From: Utricularia gibba
Taxonomy: Eukaryota > Plantae > Magnoliophyta
Length of the DNA: 64,000 bases
Assembly: GCA_002189035.1 (NCBI GenBank)
Contig: NEEC01000021.1
Location: 1,612,001-1,676,000 of the forward strand
Reading direction: 5' to 3'
The notes beneath the pieces were generated by a model, which was given only the letters and a program-made list of their open reading frames with translations, made no database searches and had not been told where the DNA came from. Below are positions 53,810-64,000 of this stretch, piece after piece. The stretch's first letter is position 1. Every line of letters starts with the position of its first letter. A program made the position numbers and the translations under genes.

Positions 53810-56800
53810 CTACTCTAGTGCAGCAACAAGATGCTTGTCATACTCATCCAAATGATGGCTTCTTCCCAGAATTCTTCTCTGCAATACCTGCAGAGAAATA
53901 AGCTCCTGATTTGGTGAGGGTGATAGGGAGGGGAGTTTGAATGGAGGGACATCACCTTCCAAAGAGGAAATGCAGTGGTCTTGCAGCAGTGTAACTTGAA
54001 CAACTCCCTCATACTGCTGTGGGCAACACAGAATCAGGGAAGTGAAACCAATCAAGTTTTGGATTCCTAGACATTGATTATAGAAACGAATTTCTACTTA
54101 CCCACGTTTGGCTTCATCTCTGGAGAATTCTCCATTAGCTTCGTGGGATCCCGCCATATCCTGTTTTGCTTCACACTCTGCACTTGTGCTGATTGCCAAT
54201 GCGTTCCCATTGCTGTCCCGGATGATCTTCAGAAGCCCTTTTCCATGGCAGCACGACGGGCAGTGTGTTTCAGGACAACTAGAGCCACTTGGCATGATAC
54301 CAGGAGATGAATCCGAGATAACTGATGAAGCATTGCTCCTACTACTCTGAGAGGCAAACTGTGACATGAGATGAACTCTTCTTGAGCAGTTAAACAAGCA
54401 GAACGTTGGCTTCTTCAACTGCCCATTTCTGCTGGAAGAAATACCAGCAAGGTTTACCCTCAGTTCCACGTTGTACCCCACCACCTGCTGTAGCGCACCA
54501 GCTATTACCTTCCATGACTTTTCAGCCTTCGCAACATAATCAGGGAAATCAAATTCTAGTTCAGCCACTGCTATTCCTGCATCTGAAGAAGAAACTTCAA
54601 TGAAGCAGTATGACGTTTTGCAGAACCCTCATTAGTATCTTTCTTCCCGTGGTAGGAATCAATGGTAAGGTTAGGGAAGAGTTACCATGGGCGATGCGAA
54701 TGGATACCAACTTTCCCCTTTTCTGGAGGAACTTCTTGAGGGAGTTGACTGTGCACAACTGAATGGCTCTCCTCCAAACAAATTCAAGAGTCTCTATGTC
54801 ATCTTGCAAACCAATTCCCGTTTCAATATCGTCAGAAGCATATGGGAAGATATGCTTTGAACTTTCAATGGTTGAAGATGTTCTCTGAAGGTTTCCATCT
54901 GCATAATCCAACTTCGACTCAGATAAAGGAACAAATCACCAGACTTCTCATCAAAGGATCAATGAGCTGCAAAGCTTGTTATTATGCTCACCTTGGCATG
55001 GTGATCTCACGCTGAATTTTGGACCATTAACATCGTGAGGAGATCCAACAGAGCTTAGCTGGAGAAGGGTTGCAGTGAGCCAAGTGATTTGATTCTTTGA
55101 AGCTCTCAACTGCTTCTCAGCTTGTGAGAGCATCTTCAGTGCCTGACTTAGCTGCTGCACATTGGCTTCAGCTGTTGAGGAAAAAAAACCATGCACAAAT
55201 TGAAAAGGTCAACGAAACTTCGAATACATTAATGGAATTGGGATTGAGAAACTTACAGACATCACTACCATAGACATTTGATGCCGGGCACACTTCTCCA
55301 TCTGTAGATTTTCCAGCAAGAATGTCCATTATGAGGTTGGCCAACTGTGCTATGAGTTGTAAAGGATCTATTCTAGAACTCATTAGCTCTCTGGCCTTCT
55401 TTACAGTGTTTGCAGCATCACGCGACAGAGCAGTGTGCAGCAAATCAAGCAATTCTTCATCAGAGACAGCCCCAATCTGCAGAGTGTTCAATCTAGACAA
55501 CGACAACGATAAAAAATAAAAGGTAAGGCAGGCTGATGAATTTGATGCTTACAAGTTCATGAACCAAAGGCAGAGTGATCTTTCTTCCAAGCAAACTCAG
55601 TTGATCAAGTGTCATTTCAGCATCGCGAAGTGAACCATTCGATTTTGCTGCAATGAAGTTAAGAGCTTGCTGATCGAACTCGAGGCCTTCTACAATACAT
55701 ATCTTATTCAACATTCTAGCAATTTCACTTTCTTCAACCTTTGAAAAATGAAACTTCAGAGCCTTAGTTACGACTGTCTGAGGGAGTTTGTCAAGGGTAG
55801 GAGCGACCATCAAGAAAACCACATGACGAGGGAGATCATCAAGAGAGGTCATGATAGCCGCCCATGCTTTTCGAGATAACATATGGCATTCTTCAAAGAT
55901 ATACACCTTAAATCTTGACTCAGTCGGAGGGATTCCAATGTCCTTGATGAAGCATTTACACTGCTCGAGTTTATTCACTCTCCTTGGCTCGATATGCTTA
56001 ACATCCCTACTCCTTCCTGAAAACAGCTTAGTACATTCTCGGCAACGACCACAGGGTCTGTTAACCTCATCAGAGAGACAGTTCAAGGCAGCAGCAAATA
56101 CTTTCGCCACTGATGATTTCCCTGTTCCACTTGGGCCGTAGAAGAGATACAAAGAAGATATCTTCTGATGAGAAATCGCACTCATCAGAGACGCTGCTAC
56201 ACCATTCTGCCCCACCAATTCCTTAAATGACTTTGGCATAAACTTTTGGCATAGATTTCTAGGACTTGCATTAGACACTGTACCCCCCTCATGTAGCACT
56301 AATTGTCCAGAATTTCCTAACAGTAGATTCCGTTCTTCAGCGTCATAGTCTCCAAACTTACTATTCCTTGACCAACAACTGCTTAAACCGCAGCCCTGAT
56401 GACAAGAATCCATGATAGCATCTCTGTTCCGGTAGGCATTAATCGAAGCTACAAGCATTGATCGTTGTCTCATAGGTTTACCAGTTGACAAGCAGGGACT
56501 TCCTGTGCAACTCATAACATCACCAGCTTTAGCTCCAAACAATGTGTCAAGCTTCTTATCCCAATCTCTGCACGTGGAATCCGTACACAGTTCCTTCTCC
56601 AGTTGACTCACTATTTCATCATGTTCATCACATGAAGCTCCACCTTCTTCACAATCAGCACCAAATGTCAGGCCATAATCCATCACATTTTCTTCATGCT
56701 CCATTTTTACATCAGAGATGGTAGCAGGCAGCGGCCTCGAGCCGAAAGACAGTTTATAGTCCGTCACCTTCTTCTCTAATCCTCTCCATCTCTGACCATT

Positions 56801-56968
56801 GGTTTCCTCTCCAAGAAGTCTATTTTCTGTTTCCAAATTCGAACTCTCGACTAAGGCTGAAAATTTGCTCATCGAGTTAGTCTCAGGATCACGAAGTGAC
56901 CTCACTCTCCGAAGTGCCACCAGTGTTTTAGTTATCGGAAGATCAATAGAATGGCGGCGGCCATCCAT
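53810..56968 (-). CDS. STICHEL-like 2 (DNA polymerase III gamma/tau-like AAA+ ATPase); exact stop uncertain (53810-53815)
   Basis: MDGRRHSIDLPITKTLVALRRVRSLRDP N-terminus, Walker A GPSGTGKS, Zn cluster CLS...PCGRCREC and GSLRDAEMTLDQLSLL. Confidence 0.92.
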
Positions 56969-57654
56969 TCCAACAAAATATTTTCAGATCCAGGAAACGC
57001 AGTAACAAATGCTGCAAGAAAACTTAAAACATGAACATCAAAGATTCAGATAACACATAATCAATGAGAGCAAAAAGGACAAAGGCACATGAAAGTTGAA
57101 ACTTAGGCATCAACATGAAGGTAACTCCCGTGGTCCATTCAATTATTGAACCACTTTCACTTCCACCAATCTAGAGTTCACCCCATTACAGCTATATCCG
57201 CCGATACATTGACGTTGGAAACAAATTTTAGTACCTTTGTTTCTTCTCAGAAGCACACAGCTGTAAAGCCGGAAGCCGGCGGGATACACCCAGAAAACAG
57301 AGCCACCGAGAAAGCTATCCAAAGCAAAACCGGCCAAGCATTTTCTACAATGTGGAAATGAGGGAAAGCGATGTGCAAAAACGCAGTCTTTTTGAAACGA
57401 AAAAGTCGGATTGAGCGAAAATGTCTGCTTTTTTGAAGCGATTTTTCCAAAGGAAACACGGGACCAAGAGCAGGAGCCTCTTCTCGCTATGAAAAAGAAC
57501 CCATTAATCGCATCTGTCAAGACATTCACCCGCCCTTGAAAATCAACACCACTGAAAAACAAGGTATATACTGCACGAGCAACCTCGGGCTGGGTGCTCG
57601 ACAGGGAGGTATGTTGCGACAGTAAATGTTATTAATGGGCAGGAGGGGTAAGCT

Positions 57655-57779
57655 GCATTGCTCATATTCAAATGCAAAGCAAAAGATTGTCTTTTTCCAT
57701 TCAAGAAGATAATCAGCATTGCTCATATTCAAATGCGAAGCAAATGATTTTGTCTTTATCCGCTGAAGAGGATAATCAG
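57655..57779. repeat. Two-copy tandem repeat of about 61 bp
   Basis: The unit gcattgctcatattcaaatgc(a/g)aagcaaa...gataatcag starts at 57655 and again at 57716. Confidence 0.85.
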
Positions 57780-59649
57780 AGGGCCGACATATTTGTAACT
57801 TGATTTTTTAATTAGGTTACTTGTTTGTACATTCAAATTCAGATTTCAGATGCAATCTCATCTCTTTTCAGGGCTTTACCCCATCCCTGTGGCTGTGTGG
57901 GTGTATGTGTATTTACCACTCCTTTGACTGCAAATTCAGACAGCGCTTTGGCCACATCTTCCTTATACCAGTCATGGCGTCTGGGCCTGCCTGCCTGCCC
58001 GCAGTAACATGAGTAGCAAAAACACCCGCGCCACCCTTTAAATTTGGTGAGCCGTAAATTTCTCCATTGCAGATAGTATGCAATAAAAAAAATAAAAAAA
58101 ACGGATCTTCAGCCTATTTTCATTGATGAAACGACACACTACGCAACATAATGTCGAAGTGATCTGCTCTGAATGGAGCAGGCAAAATTTACCCGCCTGC
58201 GTGAACAGTCACTGTATGGGCCTATATTTCTCTTGCATGCTGAACATCGCATGGCCCACACGTCGGCCCATTGAATCCCCTCCTTTATTTATTTTTTATT
58301 CTATCGAACATTTCTTTTCTTTTTTTTCGCTGAAAAAGTTGAATTTAAAAATCTGAAAAAGATCAATTTTTCTGTGCAGACAATCACAACAAGACATTAT
58401 GTTTTTCTTCCGGTCCAAAGCGGAAGTGCTCCCGCGCAGTGAATGTATTATAACTGAACAGTTGTTACCCAGAATCCATCCATCCATCCATCCCATCTCT
58501 GCGCTTGATTCCACAGACAAGTTACAGGCGGGGGTTGGTTGTCGTGGAAGAAGAACCTGGAAATTTTTCTGCTTAAAGATATGATCACAGAAATTCGTTG
58601 TGGTATGGGAGTTGCAATTGGGACAATCCTTCACTTTCAGCTGGTTGATTTAGAGTCCTCAGGACAACCATTTATGGCGGCACTGGCGCGATTCAGTTGG
58701 CGTTTTGGGGCCAACGCAACGCATGTGCTGTTGTTCTTTCACGTTTCCACGTTCAACGGGGAAGTCCCTGTTTCCATGCATAAAAACCCTAAAACCCCGC
58801 AAAGTCAAGATTCATGAATACATGCAAATTTTGTTGTTTCCTTGTTTATGCTGTGAAATCAACCCGATTGCCTTCATCGCAGACATATTTCGTGAACATC
58901 GAGGATACCAAAAAAAAAGAAAGAACTTTTGTCCGAAGATAACAACATTAATCTTAAAAACCATTTTTGAAAAGTTGGTGTTATGTGGCATGAATGAAAA
59001 GGGGGCTACTCCTTTTCCAAAGCAGAATAATTTGGCCCCATCCCCCAGGCGCATTTCCTTTCCATTCCCTGAACGCCGTGGTCAATAAGTCCCCTTGGAT
59101 TCTAGTTCTCCTTATCTGTTCAGGCGGCCACAATCCACCGGTCGGACGGGATTAGTATTAAAACAACAAATTTCATATCAGGATTTGAAATCGAAATAGA
59201 CAACTATATTAGAAATAATGTAATCTGTATTTATTATGTATTTAAGTTTTACATTATTCCACACATGCATCTTACACTTCATTTCAACAATTAGTAACAA
59301 TTAGTGGACACACAATCACACACACACAGAAATTAAAGCCTTAGTCAAGGGTCCGCTTTGCTTTTAGGGGAGTGGGAGTAATGACGGATTTATAAGGCTT
59401 CGACTTTTGTGTGTTGTTTTGCAAGGAAAGTGGCGATGGAGAATCTCCCTCATAATCTGGAGGGAATCCACCGACGCTCAGTTAATGGGGGCTCTCTCAG
59501 GGTAACCCACAAAAATCTTGGATTGCGGGGCCCATTCCCTCCCTTTTTTTTTCCATTAATTATACACAATAATTGTCATTTATAAATTCCGGATTCCACT
59601 CCTCGCTTCCCTGCCCTGCCCTACCCGCTCTCTGAATCCTTCGTCTGCG

Positions 59650-61174
59650 ATGGAGAACCAACGCCTCCTCTTCCTCCTCCTTATACTTGTCTTCACGGCC
59701 ACCTCCGTCGCTGCAACTCGTCCAGATCCTGAGCTCGTCATTCAGGAGGTTCAGAGGAAGCTGAACGAGTCACGGAGGAGACTAGGGTTCCTGACTTGCA
59801 ACACCGGGAACTCCATCGACGACTGCTGGCGGTGCGACCCCAACTGGGAGCAGAATCGTCAGAGGTTAGCAGATTGCGGGATTGGGTTCGGGAAAGACGC
59901 CGTCGGAGGCCGCGACGGGAAGATTTACGTCGTCACGGATTCCAGCGACGACGACCCGGTGAACCCGAAACCGGGGACTCTTCGGTGGGGAGTCATCCAA
60001 GATGAGCCGTTGTGGATCATATTCTCCAGCGATATGGTGATACAGTTGAAGGAAGAACTCATAATGAATTCGTTCAAGACGATCGACGGCCGGGGCGCCA
60101 ATGTACATATATCCGGCGGCCCTTGCATCACTATTCAGTACGTGACCAACATCATCATTCACGGCCTGCATATACATGACTGCAAGCAAGGCGGGAATGC
60201 CATGGTGCGGGACTCCCCGAAACACTACGGGTGGAGAACGATATCCGACGGCGACGGCGTGTCCATCTTCGGGGCGAGCCACGTCTGGGTGGACCATTGC
60301 ACCCTATCCAACTGCGTCGACGGCTTAATCGATGCGGTGGCGGGTCGACGGCTATAACCATTTCCAATAACTATATGACCCATCACGATAAGGTCATGCT
60401 CTTGGGACACAGTGACGAGTACACAAAAGACAAGGGCATGCAGGTCACTGTTGCCTTCAACCACTTTGGAGAAGGTCTGGTACAAAGAATGCCAAGGTAT
60501 GCACTCATGCATGCACCACATACTGGTCAATCTGTCCCTGGGGTTTGGAAGTTGCAGGTGCAAGCCTGAACCTTGCCATGTTTTCAGGTGTAGGCATGGG
60601 AACTTCCACATAGTCAACAACGACTACACGCACTGGGAAATGTACGCGATCGGAGGGAGCGCCAATCCGACGATCAACAGTCAAGGGAATAGGTTTCTTG
60701 CTCCGGATGATGAATCCAAAAAAGAGGTTAGATGCTGAGTCTGACCAAATCTAGGATTGGGTAGGCGATGGAAGAACAGCAAAAACAAAACAACACAAAA
60801 AAAAAAAAACACACACACACACAGGGTTTTACTACGACAAAATATTGGTCAAAAAATCTAATAAATTATGACCTGCCCGTTACGCCAGGGCGCTCAAGTA
60901 AAGGGATGTACGTTAGGCAAATTCGGTTGACTACAAAAGTGTTGGGCGTGCAGGTAACGAAGCACGAGAACGCTTCCGAGAGCGAGTGGAAGAATTGGAA
61001 CTGGAGGAGCGACGGTGACTTGATGCTGAACGGGGCCTTTTTTGTTGCCTCAGGGTCTGGGTCGCCCGCTGCCTACCCAAGGGCGACGAGTATGACGGCG
61101 CACTCTTCCGCAATGGTGGCCTCCATTACTTCCAGCGCAGGCGCACTCGACTGTAAGAAGGGGCGCCCTGCTAG
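59650..61174 (+). CDS. Pectate lyase (PL1 family); 1-nt frameshifts at about 60343 and 61167 as assembled
   Basis: Signal peptide, [50 protein letters not shown]|CRHG and WNWRSDGD. The corrected end is KKGRPC* at 61172-61174. Confidence 0.95.
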
Positions 61175-61631
61175 CCCTGCCACCGCCCACCACCCCCCCC
61201 CCCCCCCTTTTTATTTTTATTTTTAAAAAAGTAAGCTTTTGACTTGCAATAAAGTACTTAGCTACAACCTCGACATGCTTCTCTCAAAGTGCGAGAGATA
61301 CATAAGCATGGGCTGAAGTGTTGACTTCATGTATTCTGCCTTCTCAGAAATATTATAGCCATTTACTAATGCGTTTTGGGTGTACGTTGAAATCATGTAT
61401 TACGATAATTAATCAGCAGCATCAGGATGATTAATCAGAAAGCTAAGCATCTCTTCGCGGGCTGCCGCGCGGTTCTTGGGACTTTTACGTGGCACGATAG
61501 AAAACTACCACGTGTTCGAACAAGGTCTCGTTGACCAAGTCAGAATAAATTTTGTCCGCGTACAGAGAATATATATATAGAGAAGTTAAAAGTCATGGTG
61601 CAGAGGAGGTTGACGAAAACAATCTTCAGCA

Positions 61632-62280
61632 ATGAGCTCTGCAAACCCTGCTTCCGAGCCCGACGCGGATGCTCCGGTGGAGCCAAATCTGGAGTTAGCA
61701 CAATTCGCCGCCGGCTGTTTCTGGGGTGTGGAGTTGGCATTTCAGAGAGTGGAAGGTGTGGTGAAGACGGAAGTGGGTTATTCACAGGGCCACGTTCATA
61801 ACCCCACCTACACCTTGGTTTGCGCCGGACGCACCAGCCACGCCGAGGTTGTTCGTATCCATTACGACCCCAATCGTTGCCCCTACACCACCTTGCTCGA
61901 TGTTTTTTGGGGAAAGCATGATCCCACAACCCTCAATCGTCAGGTTTGTTCATCAAACCTCGGAAAGATGTAATCTTGATTGGGGAATCTTGCTGCGATG
62001 TATCAAGATCTTGTTTTGTGCCCAGGGGAATGACGTTGGAAGCCAATACCGATCAGGGATATACTATTACAGCGAGAAGCAGGCTGAATTAGCTCGTGAA
62101 TCACTGGAACTGAAGCAGAAAGAGATCAATAGAAAGATAATCGTGACAGAGATTCTTCCGGCAAAGAGGTTTTACAGGGCAGAGGAATATCACCAGCAGT
62201 ATTTGGAGAAGGGCGGAAGAAATGGGAGGAAGCAGTCTGCTGCTAAGGGCTGTGATGATCCAATCAGATGCTACGGTTGA
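61632..62280 (+). CDS. MSRA: Peptide methionine sulfoxide reductase A, 2 exons (61632-61943, 62026-62280)
   Basis: Catalytic [14 protein letters not shown]|[22 protein letters not shown] and resolving cysteines in [11 protein letters not shown]. No transit peptide is evident. Confidence 0.95.
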
Positions 62281-62650
62281 TCCTTGTGCATCTGGGGTGC
62301 GTTAGTATCATATGCTGCTATAAGAATCGTGTGGTCTCTATGTTTGCTGCATAAACGGTATACGTGCCTGTGAACTAACGCTGTCGTCAGCGTTTATGAT
62401 ATACTTATCATTCAGTATTTGAGGAATTTGAATTCTTGTTCAAGTACATGACCCTACTCAGTGTTCAGAGTTCGATATTCTGCGATGGTCCGCGGAGTTC
62501 TTCGTAATGCTTCCATAGTTAACCCTCATGAATATAAGAACCCCTATGCAGTATGAGCAAGAAACAGAAGCAAAAGAAACAAAAAAAGTTTTTCCAATGA
62601 GTTCGGTAGTGTAAAATGATAAGTAGGACTGACTGCACTGCCCGTTGGAC

Positions 62651-64000
62651 TCAGAAGCCACCACGCCTTGGCCGGGATTCGGCAACATTAACTCTGATGG
62701 CTCTCCCATCCAAGCTCTGTGAGTCATTCATGGAAAAGCATCAAAACCCACAATTCTAAATGATTTGATTTCAGTACAGGTGCAATACTATCATGAGAAA
62801 GATTCATGTGGAATTCCTAGAGTTGTGGATCTGAGTGATGAAATGGATGTTGTGTGACAATTGTAGAAACGGATACCTGTCCATCGAGATTAGCAATGGC
62901 ATCATTCATCTCGGATTCGCTGGCCATCACCACGAAACCAAAACCCCGTGATCTCCCAGTCTCTCTATCAGACACCACCAGAGCACTCACAACTTTCCCA
63001 TGTTCACTGAAAAGTTGCTCAAGGCGGTCCTGGTTGATATTCCACGGCAAATTGCCAACATATATTCTGTTAGAACCTTCAGAAACCCGAGGAGGACGCT
63101 CAACCCTTGATCCTTTGGGAGCAGCTTTGCTAACTGTAAGAAATCTGCCACCCAAATCCTGCTTGAAAGACACATGAATGAATGAATGATAGCCTACTTT
63201 GCTTTGCTAACTTTTTGAAATCTGCCACCCAAACCCCCAAAAAGGTGACACTTTGATGAATCGATACCAAACTTAGCAGATAAAACACAATCAAGTCAAC
63301 ATATGGAACTTACATATCGGTGGAACATTTCCACGGCCCTCTCAGTTTCTTCAGGCGTGCTCATTGTCACAAAACCGAAACCTCTGCTCCGGTCAGTATC
63401 TCTGTTATAGATAACCTGCAACGCAACAGTCATCCCAAGTAAATCCTGTACGTTTCTTGTTATCGAAAAGACTTTTGAACCAACTCTACATACTAAATTC
63501 AGGAACATTTTACTGCTAGATGAAAGAAACGCAAACAATGAAGCAAAAAATCCAATCCTAATGCTTACCTCAGCAACTTCCACCACGCCAGCCTCCTCAA
63601 AAAGCTTAGCTAGGCTCTCACTATCTACATCATATGGCAAGTTTCCAACATAAACCTTCAACTCTTCCGATGGCTCAGAAAACGCATCGCCCTCGTTGGT
63701 ATCCCCTGCATTTTCTTCTTGTTCCTCGGTCTCATTTTCCGGCTCAACCCAATTGAAGCTCCCTTCATACTCTTGCTCCTCCAGAAGAACGGGATTGCTC
63801 TCCTCCCGTTGAGCCGATATCACGGCAACTCTCATGATGGGTTCTTTCTTCATCAGAAAAGAGAGAGAAGGGAGAGAAAGCGAAGAAGAGTGCGAACAAG
63901 AGATTTGGAATTTAAGGGGCTTGGCGGGAATCCCGACATGCAATTGTGAGTGGAGAGCATTTGCCGCAGCGAACGGCGCTGGCGCCGATATCAGGCATCC
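62651..64000 (-). CDS. CP31: Chloroplast ribonucleoprotein (CP31-type, 2 RRM); start codon lies beyond the window
   Basis: Transit-like and acidic N-terminus, RRM1 ([10 protein letters not shown]...SRGFGFVTM), RRM2 (RIYVGNLPW...SRGFGFV) and last exon [21 protein letters not shown]. The frame is open to position 64000. Confidence 0.92.

Noticed and set aside
55880-55915. Walker B reads YIFEECH rather than DE in STICHEL-like 2
   Set aside because: It is a single conservative change, and I cannot establish that it is unusual for the subfamily without an alignment.

Overview
Eukaryotic (flowering plant, eudicot) nuclear DNA. It is very gene-dense, with about 22 protein-coding genes in 64 kb, mostly short GT-AG introns, and no recognisable intact transposon, tRNA, rRNA or CRISPR. 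Gene order: 3' end of a DnaJ chaperone, FRIENDLY/CLU, RABA4-type GTPase, SURP/G-patch splicing factor, AGP23-type AG peptide, WIP (NTT-like) zinc finger, MIA40, CKX6-like cytokinin dehydrogenase, CHZ histone chaperone, SEC31, choline-transporter-like, plastid RPL1, UPF0114, AGO1, NAC, KpsF/SETH3 arabinose-5-P isomerase, SAM methyltransferase, STICHEL-like AAA+ ATPase, pectate lyase, MSRA and a 5'-truncated CP31-type chloroplast RNP. The density suggests a miniaturised genome such as Lentibulariaceae; this is an inference and the species is not determined. Six single-base frameshifts break otherwise intact conserved genes (CHZ, SEC31, AGO1, KpsF, and pectate lyase twice). All are repaired by adding one base to a short homopolymer, so they are most likely consensus errors. 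The best leads are two unexplained GC-rich coding-like segments flanking FRIENDLY, a MIA40 lacking its peroxisomal tail, a uORF-plus-hairpin leader upstream of CKX6, an altered miR168 site in AGO1, and unexplained transcript-like regions upstream of WIP and divergent from the SURP gene. I found no clearly demonstrable new biological system. All calls are by eye, without database searches, and gene features span start to stop including introns.
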